Assembly (NCBI GenBank): GCA_951406725.2
Contig: OX597822.1
Location: 111,104,001-111,168,000 of the forward strand
Direction of reading: 5' to 3'
Length of the DNA: 64,000 nt
Origin: Octopus vulgaris
Taxonomy: Eukaryota
Part shown: positions 13,383 to 26,329 of the stretch, in pieces
How positions within the stretch are numbered: position 1 is the first letter of the stretch
Layout: each line of letters begins with the position of its first letter
Program-made: the position numbers and the translations under genes
Notes under the pieces: generated by a model
The model's input: the letters and a program-made list of their open reading frames with translations, nothing else
The model's database searches: none
Told to the model about the DNA's origin: nothing

Positions 13383-14209
13383 CTTCATTTCCACTCTCTT
13401 GTTATATATGTTAGAAAAGTCTATGTTTCTATGAATATCTTTAGGGTCATAACAATGTTTGAATGAGTGAAATCATGTATTGTACTGAATTTACACCATT
13501 ATTCTTGTATGTTGAATATTCACCAGTTTACACACGTTATCATCGATCCAACAGAGGATAAAGTAAATACTAGTAATATACTGAGTTGTGATTCAGTGAA
13601 CAACATCCTCTGTGCTATAAAATTGGCAGCACGCCTGCAGCGAAGAAAATCACTGCTTCACTATAGCTTTGCATAGCATCCCCTCTATTAAACAAACTTG
13701 CTGAGATGATGTTTGCAATATTTTTTGAACAATAGAAGTTACTTTGTTTAGAGCTGCGTGTAGAGCATTTTAATGCGGAGAGCAAAGGCTGTTCAATTAA
13801 TGTTTCGCAGTTTTTGAAAACGCCAGTCAGCAACCGGTTTGCTCACTTGCAGATTCGCTTGAAAAACATTGAAATACTGCTGTAAGTAATCAATGACAAT
13901 GAGGAAAATATTCATCATTGACAGAATAATGTAAATTATGGCAAATTTCTGGGGTAGAAAAGTGCATACATTTTCGTTGTGAGAGACAAGTGCTGAACAT
14001 AGATCGAGCATATTGCTTTTGTGTATTGCAATTTTAAAAGTAAAGTATAGAAGCCATCTTAACATGGCTAACCACATAGGGGAGGGGGTGTTACTGTAGC
14101 TTTATAGCCCCCAGAGATCGTCGTCTCCAGCTGGCTTTAGACACCATTTCAGTGCCCTTGAAGTATTTGCAAAGGGAGGCCATCCCTTCCTCGCAAGCCT
14201 GAGTGATAC

Positions 14210-14250
14210 GCTCGGACTAGTTTCGGGATTTTTGTCCCTTGTCAACGGGC
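14210..14250 (-). ncRNA. Minimal type I hammerhead, U3:A8 variant
   Basis: Minus strand reads GCCCG TTGACAA GGGA CAAAAA TCCC GAA ACTAGT C CGAGC. Confidence 0.6.
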
Positions 14251-15627
14251 TTCTATACTTTACATTATCGAGCGATTACTGTTTCAATCTCATTCTGAGA
14301 TTTAATAAATTTTAAAAGTGTTAACAAGTTATTGTTATTATAGGTATGCTGCTCCTTAGCCTAAGACGTATGGTAAAAGTTATTCCTATAATGAGGAACA
14401 TATCATTTTTGTATATCTGAGACATGAATTCTATGCCAGTTTGAAGGTAGTATGTTCATATTTAAGGCAATTCGGTTGCTGTTTCTAATAGGCAGAGCAC
14501 CAGAATACAAATTACTGGATTGGCTGGAGGTAATTTCTTTTGTCCTAATTCATTCTCTTTCACTACCTAAAGATGGACAAGAGCAAAGAATATTACGTGA
14601 TGATAATTATAAACCAATCACTTCGAAAGAAACTTCATATTGAGTATAATGAAAGGAAATATATATTTCATAGAAAAGGAGAGGCATGATTTGACTCTTC
14701 TATGGCAAGGAATATTGGGGGTTTAGTGAAGCTGAGTCTCCGTTAAGATCTTGGTCAAACTTGATTGAGCAGATATATGATAAAATGTATGCTAAATTTG
14801 ATAATGAAATCATATTCTTCAAAAATACTGTAATTAGAAATATATTATGCTATGTAATTTAAAGAGTTTTGGATTTTAAATTGCTGGAAGTGAAGCAATC
14901 ACATGATGACACACGTTTTCGTGACCCACTGTGTTTTTGAATTAATGACACCCCCAATTACATATTTTCCATTACCAGTATAAGGAAAATTCTGCACATG
15001 AAGTACGAGAGGCAACTATTAGAAACAATATCTCATATCGATTATATTTGAAATTATCTCACTCTTCCATCTTGACTCTTTCGTTGCTCACATGTGACCA
15101 ACGGCTGTCTACCTTCCTTTCTTCTACTTTTTTCCTAAAGACAAGACGTGCTTTTGCCTGTCTCTTCTCAGAGCTCGTTTTTGCAGCGTTCATCACTTCA
15201 CATCGTCTTGGTTTAACAGCCCTCACCGTTTGTTTTTACTGTATCGTCTTACTGTCCTGTTTTTGTTACCACTTTAACCCTCCGCAAAATGTCCCACATC
15301 TTATTTACTTTGCTTTGCGGGAAGGACTGTTTTAACGAAGTCTCGTTTTGTCCCTACATTCGAAAGGCGGAGTAGATAAAACAGGGGACTTGTTGCTTGT
15401 CTCGTTTTTATATTTGTTTCTTTTTTCATTGTTCGAAAAAAGTTCGTTTTCTATGCTTTTGCTTTTTATGCTATGGTTTCTCATTTTGTTGACACTGTTT
15501 TCATGTCCTGTACACATATGCATATATATATACGCATATATATGTAGGTATATACATATATGTATGTATACATGCATATATTTATATATTATATTATATT
15601 ATATATATATATATATGTATATATATT

Positions 15628-15688
<61 letters not shown>

Positions 15689-16015
15689 AATGAGATAACA
15701 TTGATGAAGGGTACCACTTAAAGATATGGTAAGTGCATTGATCTCAGATTGATCATATACGCGTATATACATGTTGTTATATACAGGGCATCACCTATGA
15801 CAGTGAAACTAAAACTGATAGACGTATTTCGGGGTTTACCAAGTAAACGACATATGATATTTCTCACATACTTGGCATACATTGTTGAGTGATGTACCGC
15901 AACTTACACAAGACATGCAAGGATACTCGTAAGATTACGTTAGTAACAATTTTCCCAGAAAATCTAAGTACTGATGGCGTGAATCACAAGCTTTGAACGA
16001 AGAAGCTGTTCATAG

Positions 16016-16138
16016 AGAATAAGTACTAGGTTTACAAAGAATAAGTCGTGGGGTCGATTTGCTCGACTAAAGGCGGTGCTCCAGCATGGCCACAGCCAAA
16101 TGACTGAAACAAATAAAAACGTATAAGAGTAAAAGAGT
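16016..16138 (+). mobile_element. SINE family A, 3' fragment
   Basis: Matches the 3' part of 12964-13382. Confidence 0.8.
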
Positions 16139-16190
16139 ATCCGCAGATTTTATTTCAAAAAGAAAAAACAAAACAAAACAAACAAAAACG

Positions 16191-16355
16191 GGAGTGGCCG
16201 TGGGGTAAGTAGCTTGCTAACCAGCCACATGGTTCTGGGTTCAGTCCCACTTCGTGGCATCTTGGGCAAGTGTCTTCTGCTATAGCCCCGGGCTGACCAA
16301 CGCCTTGTGAGTGAATTTGGTAGACGGAAACTGAAAGAAGCATGTCGTATATATG

Positions 16356-16392
<37 letters not shown>

Positions 16393-16606
16393 ATGTTTGA
16401 GTGTCTGTGTTTGTCCCCCTAGCGTTGCTTGACAACCGATGCTGGTGTGTTTACGTCCCCGTCACTTAGCGGTTCGGCAAAAAGAGACCGATAGAATAAG
16501 TGCTGGGCTTACAAAGAATAAGTCCCGGGGTCGATTTGCTTGACTAAAGGCGGTGCTCCAGCATGACCGCAATCAAATGACTGAAACAAGTAAAAGAGTA
16601 AAAGAG
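16191..16606 (+). mobile_element. SINE family A
   Basis: Homologous to 12964-13382. Confidence 0.9.
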
Positions 16607-17175
16607 TAGAGAGTAGAAATAAAGTAAAACAAAAATGTGTTGAATCCCTGAATGATTCCCTGATTCTAGCGAAGCACGAATGTTCTGCTGATGTTTTCAC
16701 TTGGTAATCTATATCACAAAAGTTCATTTTTATATAAAATTTTATTCGTATTATTCCACATAGAAGTCTTAGCTAACAGCTGAAAGCCGTATATGTTTAT
16801 TCAGAGTGTTTAGTCAAACGTGTCGTATTGAGTAACGTAAAATATGTTATGACGGCAAGCCTTCCTTCTCACTGTAGTCACGCAGTTTTAGTGCGGCAAA
16901 TGTTACTATAAATATGGTAAAATTGAGCAACATCCAGGTTTGAATTCAAAACTATTAATTTTCATCTGTACATTTATATATGAATACGTCAATATCAATT
17001 GTATTATATAGAACACAAACAGTAAAAGTAATAAATATAATATTACAATCTATTTGGCTAACTGCAAACATTTTCGTAATTTTGGCAAACATTTTGTATA
17101 CACCCTTACACCCCTACACAGCTACACACAAACATACGTATGTTTATATATAGCATTTTACTACATATACATACT

Positions 17176-17238
<63 letters not shown>

Positions 17239-17654
17239 ACGAACACACTTCAGCGAGTATGTGCACATTCACACATAAACAAACTTAGGAAAATATGATT
17301 GACACTATCATTTTGGAATATTCATTGAATATGATTGACAAGAGGTTTAAAATGTTATCGTAAGGTAGAAAAACTCTTATAATTGATAATATTTCGCATA
17401 GGATTTTCTAAACACTGGCCTTCGCTTGTTTCAATTTCGATGTGTGAATATATACGTATGTGTGTATGGCTGTTTGTTTGGTTTGTGTGTGTGTTCGTGC
17501 GCGTTCGTTGAGCTTCGTGCCCTGACACTGAAGATTCAGCTGTTCGATGTGTTGAAGTACAAACCAAATGATAGTTTATGATTTTATCTACATGGAAAGT
17601 GACTTTGCTTCTATAGAAATGGATACTCAGGAAAAGATTGCAAAACTATGGAAT

Positions 17655-17886
17655 ACCTATTTCTTTATTACCCACACGGGGCTAAACACAGAGTGGACAA
17701 ACAAGGGCAGACATAGATATTAAGTCGATTACATCGACCCCAGCGCGTAACTGGTACTTAATTTATCGATCCTGAAAGGATGAAAGGTAAAGTCGACCTC
17801 GGCGGAATTTGAACTCACAACGTAACGGCAGACGAAATAACACTAAGCATTTCGCCCGGCGTGCTAACGTTTCTGCCAGCTCGCCG
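17655..17886 (-). mobile_element. SINE family B
   Basis: Reverse-complement homologue of 5191-5417. Confidence 0.88.
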
Positions 17887-17889
17887 GAA

Positions 17890-18330
17890 TACCGTAGACA
17901 GACTCAGAATTATACGTAATTTCTCCCTTCTTGACAACATGGAGAGACGTTTCTTCAAAGTAATCGTTGAAGCAATACTTCAGTATGGCTCTTCAGTACT
18001 GACACTGAATAAGAGATTTGAAAAGAGGATTAACGGTACATAAACTAGAATACTTCATGAAGTTCGCAATCTTCCTTGGCAATAACAATCTATTAGGATA
18101 GCTAATAAGTCTACCTATCATCGCATCGGTAGTCAGAAAAAAACGAAAACATTATGCAGGATAACACTGGAGGTGCAAAGACGAAATATCTAGCGATCTC
18201 TTTCTCTGGAAACCCACATATAAACATTCAGGTATCAGCATACTTCTGAAAGAAACCGAGTATCAAGTTGATGATATGGAGACTCCGATGGAAAGTTAGG
18301 ACATCTGTCGTGGAAGAGTTAAATTGGTTC
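17890..18330 (+). mobile_element. Decayed RTE-group LINE fragment (post-RT region)
   Basis: FFKVIVEAILQYGSSVLTLNKRFEKRINGT*TRIL...PW resembles the LLYGSETWTL region of RTE ORFs. Confidence 0.65.
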
Positions 18331-18374
18331 GGTCAAGTCGAATACATAGTTATTCACGTATATGTATATCCAAA

Positions 18375-19135
18375 TACCATGTGGTATCAAAGATTTCCAG
18401 GACTAGTGCGCCTACAGATGGCATCACACAGTTGTGTGCGCGGTGAGAGCTAGCAGTGACCTTCAAGAGGCAGTGTGCCGGGGAACATCACTGTTTATAT
18501 TCTGCTGTTTGTGTTTTTGTCATGGACAAGAACAAAGAGACAACCTGAAATTTTGCGTTAAACTAGGGAGGTCTGCTACAGAGACATTGACCATTCTTCA
18601 GCAAAATTACGGCAAGCAATGGGCCTTATGCAATGTTTTAAGTAGGACGGGCGCTTCAAAAGCGGAAAGACATCCCTGGAAGTCGACCAGCGATCTGGAA
18701 GACCTGCCTTCCGCGGAAATGTGTTGTTTTACATCGAGAATTCTTACCCCAGGATCAGACCCTCAATCAAGAGTTCTAGTGCTACATTCTGTAACCTTGG
18801 AGGTAAAACATTCAACGACCGGATTTGTCGAGCGCGAAGAATTTGATTCTTTATTGAGCTCTTCTCACTCAGGAGATTCTCGCCGAAAAGAATATGGTAT
18901 CGCTTCTGCATCCTCCCAGCGCTATTCGAGATCCAGAGTGAATAGAAGAAAGTCCTCAACTCGCTTAAGGAAAAAAACTTCTAGGCTGGATTCCAAATGT
19001 GGCAGTGACGCTGGAACCAGTATATTGCTGCGCAAGGCCACTATTTCGAAGGAGATGGTAGTGATAAAACTTAGGTAAATAAGTTATTTTTTATAAAACA
19101 TAACGACTCCGGGAACATTATCATACCACCTCATA
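18375..19135 (+). mobile_element. Internally deleted mariner element
   Basis: Imperfect TIRs GTGGTATCAAAGATTTCCAGGA / TCCGGGAACATTATCATACCAC; N-terminal EQRDNLKFCVKLGRSATETLTILQQNYG HTH segment. Confidence 0.8.
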
Positions 19136-20347
19136 TATACATATATGCGTTTATATGTATATATGTAAAATATGAGAGAGAATGAAAATGGAATTCACGA
19201 GAATCTTTATTTATTATGATCGTTTCGACCAATCGCCCCACCAGTGCTTCGCATGTGAGATGCTGTATTGTGGTACATCATAGGTGCAAACGTTTCTCCT
19301 CGGGTGATTTGTCAAAACGTACCTAATCTTGTATTCGCCGTTTCGCATATTTGCATAATCCATTTTGCTTGTTGTATGTATGTATGTATACAAGCACAAC
19401 TGCGCGCACGCACAAATACACACTCACCCATACACTCACACATATATGAACATGGGCATTAAAATTTTAGTTTATGTCGATGAGGTAACCCGTCTCAATT
19501 GAATTGATAAATGTAAAATCATAGAAAACGAATAATATACGCATAAGAGTAGTATAGAGAGAGACTACAACCTGCGAAATTTGAAAAAATGAAGCTATAT
19601 TCGCATGTATACACGGATTTAAGTTCCACTACTACAAACCAGTTAAAATTAATACTAGATATAGATTAGCATCAAGTAATAAATAACGCATTTTCTGTGA
19701 GATCTAATTTTAAATAAGCTAACAAATAAACCAAATGCCCTAGAGAAATCTATTTTCTTATACCAACGAATTTATAATCTTGACGTAATGCACAAAGCTG
19801 CTTTGTCTATCCCTTATATGAATGTATCGTAACGTCTATGTTTGTCATATGAGACAGCTGCCTTCCACTAATCTGAATATCAAAAAATGTATCACCGTTC
19901 CATAGATGCCTGTGTGTGTGTAAATATTTTACCTCAGGCAGAGTATTCTATTACATGAATACTAAAGCTGACATTTTATACGTGGTAATTTTAAGTTTAA
20001 TAATTCTCATCTTCGGACGAAAGGTTCCGAGTGAAATATAAAACAAATATTTGCTTAGGAAAGTTCTTTGCGATTCAGATTCATTGTATAAATGTTGTGA
20101 ATAAAATAGATATGATGTACCGTGCCAAATTCCTCTCCAACGCACAGGAACACGTTTTATCCTATCAAGAAGCAGTTTTGAGTTAAAGATGAAATGGCGT
20201 GTTCCATTAAAATCGTTAATATAGCAGTTGCCAGCAAATGTTATAAAAAGACAACCGTTTGGAGTAGAAACACTGTTGTTGTAGATTCGTTTACATCTGC
20301 ACATACACATATGCATGTCAATATAAATGATCCCGTACATGCATGCG

Positions 20348-20410
<63 letters not shown>

Positions 20411-20461
20411 GTATGTGTGGGTATAATACATATGCATATATATATATGCATATATATAAAC

Positions 20462-20510
<49 letters not shown>

Positions 20511-20856
20511 GTGTGTGTGTGTGTGTGTGTGTATATACATAGATACATATATACATACGCACATATGTATATATATATATATATATATTGTTGTATTTAT
20601 GAATGGTCATGTTGCAAATGTAGCTAATAAAAACACACGCTCTATATATTTGGTGTTAATTTGCTTCAGCTTTGTTTATTACATGAATCTTAATCTTATT
20701 TCGGCCAGAGTTCTTTCGTCACACTTCTGTGACCTCATCAGTGTTCCTTTGCTTTCTTCTTTCTTATTTGTGCGTCTCTCTTTACTAACGATCAGCCATT
20801 CTGTATTTTGTTTATTTTTGGTCATGTGTTCATGCTTGCAAAACAAATATATAAAC

Positions 20857-20907
<51 letters not shown>

Positions 20908-21269
20908 GAAATAAAGCGAGATAGAGAGAGTATGTGTGTTTTTATGTGTACATATATTCAGCAATAAGTAAGGTAATCGAACGTCTCCCAATACGAAGTT
21001 AATTATATTATCATATTCATATTGCTGTTATTTGTGTATATTTTATATATGGAGTTAAAAATAAATTGTCGACAACAGAATTCGAGTATGGAAACCGTTA
21101 ACGTTATGTACAAAACAAAAATATTAATGAACTTTATTAAATACCGCATTTATCAAAAAAGTGGTCATTATCATTTATTTACTATCAGTAAAATAAAATG
21201 ACTAAGGCATAATTAGTTCACAGACCATTTCTGTTGTTAGCACTCGGATAGTAATTACATATTGTTTTC

Positions 21270-21476
21270 TACTTAGGCAGAAGGAAAGAAATTTCGGAGC
21301 AGAGGGCTTGTCGATTACATCAACCCCAGTACGTAACTGGTACTTAATTTAGCGACCCCGAAAGAATGAAAGGCAAAATCGACCTCGGTGGAATGTCAAC
21401 TCAGAACGTAACTGCAGGTGAAATACCGCTAAGCATTTCGCACGCAGTGCTAACGTTTCTTCCAGCTCACCGCCTT
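21270..21476 (-). mobile_element. SINE family B
   Basis: Homologous to 17655-17886. Confidence 0.8.
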
Positions 21477-22565
21477 ATAGTAATTTCTTATTGCCAACGA
21501 AATATAACCACGTTTATCTAGTAGAACCTCCTGATATCTCCCAATCATTTTATCATTGTCATTAAACTCGAGAATATAACAATAACGCAGTTGAATAACG
21601 CAGTTGATTTCAAAGGCCTGTAAGCCCGAATTGAAGTGATCCAGTTGTTAGATTGTTACAGATATTTTCCAGTGTTCATAGCTAATACATTCATCATTAC
21701 TCTCAAGGAAATGGCTACTAGATATTGATGTTGTTATTGTTCTTGTAGTTGATGTTCTTGTTTAACTATAGATTCAATCTGGTTGCATCTCCCTGAGCCC
21801 AGTGTCTTTGCACTTATGATCATCTCATAATTTCATTATATCTGCTTTACGACCCTGAACGTGTTCTTTATTCTGACAGCACATTGTGATTTTAAGGAAT
21901 TTGGCAGTTCCCTTTAGCTACTCGAGTGGTCTCTTGAGTTCTCATTACGAGGCACATCTTCATAACTCGACTCTTATCTATAGTATGCAGCACTCCAACA
22001 ACTTCTGCTGTGCAAAGAAATTTAGTCTCGTTCAAGAATTGTACTCATGACACTGTAATGTTGCACTGCAACCACTGAATTATTTGTACCTCGTTAGTTA
22101 TTGCCAAAATAATTTGGGGTCAATAAACGCTTTTCTGATATATTACGGATTCCTATCTGCATTTTGGAATAGCGATTCATTCTGAAAAATGTGGATTAAG
22201 CATCATTCGATACCCACTCTCGAATGTAGGAAAAATACCATTTAGTCGTGATTTTATCTGAGAGTTCTGTAAACCGATGCTAAATGTTGCAGAGGCTAAA
22301 GTAAGTTTTCTCACTTTTATCTCTCAAAAACATTTTTGTCAGTAACATCAGAAAAAAAATCGGTCTAACCTCAAATTAGGGATCTTTTTAGAAGGTATAC
22401 ACTACACCAAAAGATAGGAAGCAAAGGTAAGTTATTTGATATACTTTTGTTTACATCCCTTTAACCTAACGCACTTCTATTCAGAAAGGAAGAAAGAGAG
22501 AGAGAGAGACTAGAATTGATGAAGTAACATGTATTCCTTTCCACATAATAATAGATATTTGGTAT

Positions 22566-22909
22566 ACTCTTACTCTTTTAGTCTTTATTCTTTGTAAGCC
22601 CAGTACTTATTCTATCGGTCTCTTTTTGCCGAACCGCTAAGTAACGGGGATATAAACACACCAACATCGGTTGTCAAGCAATGCTCGGGGAACAAACACA
22701 GACACGCAAACATACACATACACATATATATATATACATATATACGACAAGCTTCTTTCAGTTTCCGTCTACCAAATCCACTCACAAGGCATTGGTCGGC
22801 CCGGGGCTATAGCAGAAGACACTTGCCCAAGATGCCGCGCAGTGGTACTGAACCCTGAACCATGTGGTTGGTTAGCAAGCTACTTACCACACAGCCACTC
22901 CTGCGCCTA
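22566..22909 (-). mobile_element. SINE family A with a deletion near its 3' end
   Basis: Reverse-complement homologue of 12964-13382. Confidence 0.88.
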
Positions 22910-23661
22910 TTATATTAGTATATAAAATTATATAACAATACTGATTTAGAAAACAAGGAACGAATAGCTTTCACTGTTGCTTGTCTATTTTTCAGCATTC
23001 CTCGTTTTCCTGACGAATTTTTTTTTGGGGTTTCTTTAGATCAGAACAAAATAGATTTACATATTAAGAAAATGAAATGGAATAGAAAACCAAAGTGATA
23101 CTTGGCATTCCCTTTCACATAATCTCCTTCTTTCTCTACGATTACGGCCACATTTAAGTAGGCAATATTTTCAATGACTTTCCAGATGTCATACTGGCAA
23201 TTTGAGTAAGTGAAGAGTGTGACAGAAAATAGCGGATAAGCAGTGTAATACTGATGAATTAATACAAATCAATGAAGGCGACTGCGTCAGGTGATTGGTT
23301 TGTAAGCAGCGAGTGTATAGAAATCGATCGTGTTTGGTAATGAATTCATTAATGTTAAATGCACAAGTAGCCGCCATGTACGGTATATGCATACATTTAC
23401 CGATATAATGAGACAATACCTCAGACAATACAAACATAGGTTTATAGCTATGCATATATGTGTATGTGTGTGTATGTGTGTGTGTGAGTGTGAGTGTGTG
23501 TGTGTATACATATATATATATATACACACATATATATGTATGCATATATATATATATATATGTTTATATATATAGATATATCATTCAAAATGTGACCGCG
23601 TGTGTACCGTTGGCGATTTTTTCCCTCTGTCTTCCCTTCTCTGGATCTTTCCTTCTCCTAT

Positions 23662-23696
23662 GTTTCCGACGAAAAGCTCCGCTCGAATCGTTAAAC
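23662..23696 (+). ncRNA. Degenerate minimal hammerhead in a ~210-bp element between (TA)n tracts
   Basis: GTTT CCGACGA A AAGC TCC GCTC GAA TCGT T AAAC; same layout as 50611-50646. Confidence 0.5.
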
Positions 23697-24178
23697 CCTC
23701 CTTCTTCCCTTCCTTCCTGAGTATCCAATAATACTATATTTGTTCCACGTCCTCGCGTTGTTGTGTTTTCTCTTTGTGTTTTCACGTTTGGATTAACTAT
23801 ATATATATATATATATATGCATACATATATATGTGTGTATATATATATATATGGTTAGAAAGATAGATAGGTAGTGAGATTGATAAATATACAGGTATAG
23901 CGAGTATATTGGGATAAATTATCCATGGCGGTACCGTAAGCCATCTCAGTTATAATTGCGCTTACGGTTAACTACATGAAGTAGAACGGAGCATCAATTA
24001 TCGCTTAGGTTCAGCAATCCTACTCCAATTCCTCTGATAGCTAAAACTGGGTACTCGTTGCTAAATTATGAATAAATTCGGGAGTATAACTATATATCCA
24101 ACATACTCAACATTTAACTCAAAAGAAAGATATGAAGCTATGCCAGTCACAATATATTTCGTAATTTGGTATATATCT

Positions 24179-24473
24179 TCTTTATATATAAAAGAGAGGT
24201 TGTGTGTCTGTCTCCTACGATTTAGATTCCTAACTACTCCCACATTTTGCGGTGCAGTTTAACCAAAACCGGGTATCTTATAGTCGTGATTCATATCGAG
24301 CCCTTCTGGGTATTAGCGCGCGTCTACAATGAGTCTACGAGTTTTTTAAAAAATTACCATCATATTTTTTCCATTTTTAATGCATTTCTTTGCTATTTTT
24401 GGCTATAACTCTCTAAAAATGCTTTATAGTTATTTCCCTTACAAACCCGGGCAACGCCGGGCGATACTGCTAG
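24179..24473 (+). mobile_element. Short non-autonomous Helitron
   Basis: 5' TC, hairpin CCCGGGCAACGCCGGG and 3' CTAG|T. Confidence 0.85.
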
Positions 24474-24540
24474 TATATATATATATAGATCTTTCTCTCT
24501 CTCTCTCTCTCTCTCTCACTCTCTCTCTCTCTCTCTCTCT

Positions 24541-24580
<40 letters not shown>

Positions 24581-24594
24581 ATCTATATGCTGTG

Positions 24595-25476
24595 AGTCAA
24601 TGGGCAGATAAAAACAAAATGTAACTGAACGAGGGAAAATTTGAGCTGTTGCATTTTAGAAGAAAGTTTATATTAAAACAGTCATACTCTCTTCTTTCAG
24701 GAGAACCGCTCACAGCCTCTAACAATATCAGAGACCTGGGTATAATTGTTGATGACGATCTCAGTTGGAGTGCACACATCAACAATAAGGTTGATATAGC
24801 TCGTAGGATGAGTTCCTGGATCTTAAGAACTTTCCGGTCCAGAGAACAAGGTGTCATCAGTCCACTTTTCTCCTCCTTTGTACGGACACACCTCGAATAC
24901 TGCTGCCCCTTGTGGTCTCTCTATACAAAACCAAAAAAACTCGAGGGCACTCACTAAACGAATTGAAGGCATCACTGATCTCGATTACTGGGACCGCCTA
25001 AAGCCTTGAAACTCTACTCTACCCAGCGCCGCCGCGAGCGGTACATCATTTGTACGATGTGGAGAATATACCGCCAGCATTGCCCAAACGACCTGAACAT
25101 TAGTTTCAAGGTTCATCCAAGGCTGCTGGGACACGGGCCATACGTCCCCTGTCCAATTCAGGATCACCACATATAGGCACACTGCGACATAATTTCTTTT
25201 CCTCAATAGACCCTGCCGTGTTTAACATTGTCCCAAAACTGATTAAAGAGGAAAAGGGTCCCATCACCTTTAAACGGATTCTGGACTGATATCGTCAAGG
25301 AATACCGGATAAGCCACCCGTACCTGGATACAACCCACTCAACAAGAATTCACTACTCGAATGGACCATAAACAAAACTTGACTTAAAATGAATTTATAA
25401 AACCCTATCAGGTGGTGCTATTAAGTTAGACATGGGGTGGACCAATCTTTGGCCGAAACATATCTAATTTTATCTA
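24595..25476 (+). mobile_element. 5'-truncated CR1-like LINE 3' end
   Basis: WADKNKM*LNEGKFELLHF...RDLGIIVDDDLSWSAHI...FVRTHLEYCCPLWS...YWDRLKALKLYSTQRRRER. Confidence 0.85.
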
Positions 25477-25606
25477 CGTGTTATATATATATATGCATGA
25501 ATATAGATACATATATATATATATATGCTTATATGTATATCTATGTATATATATATATACATGCATACATACCTACTTACATAGATACATACACACACAC
25601 ACACAC

Positions 25607-25664
<58 letters not shown>

Positions 25665-25900
25665 TTAAAAATAGGATAAAATCTTAATAAGAAATTATCA
25701 GGTAGTTAGCGTGAAAAACCTCATAAGAGAAAAAATCTGTAAATTTTTTCACTTGAAAATATTTATTTATATTATATAAAGGGCATTATTACACATAAAT
25801 GCCACACGCTAAGAGGAACTTTTAAAGTCATAACTACCAAAAATAAACAAATCGTACCGAATGCAATTCTCGAAGCGAGATATTTAAAAAACAGAATTAA

Positions 25901-25964
25901 GTTCCAGATCACCTGCGATTTCGCAATTAACGTATTATCTACGTCTCTTGCTCTTCAGTGAAAC
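25901..25964 (-). ncRNA. Canonical type I hammerhead ribozyme
   Basis: Minus strand reads GTTTCA CTGAAGA GCAA gag ACGTA gataa TACGT taa TTGC GAA ATCG cagg TGAT C TGGAAC. All core nucleotides and three stems are present; AUC site. Confidence 0.8.
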
Positions 25965-26329
25965 GAATTCAAAATATATCATGAATGAACAAAACCAACA
26001 TACCAGGCGGAACCAGACGGACAACCGCCACCTTCATCGTAGCATATATATATATATAGAAACAAGTTTTAAAGAAAAAGGACTAAACGTGGTATGAATT
26101 GGGGAAAGTAAAAGAAACAAGAAAAATGCACACTAAATATGAAATAATGGCGTTTTTACATATATAATACAAAGTTATATACATACAAATAAATGATTTG
26201 TGATGGAATTAAGAAGTATAATGATTTTTACACTTTCTATTCCACCTCAAATCATTTATTTGTATACATCTTTGTTTTTATAAAAAAAATTCCATTACTT
26301 TTATACCTAGTGTGCCTTTCTTTGTTTCT

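Noticed and set aside
18434-19078. 214-aa ORF as an intact transposase
   Set aside because: Only ~30 residues are in the transposase frame; the element is internally deleted and frameshifted.
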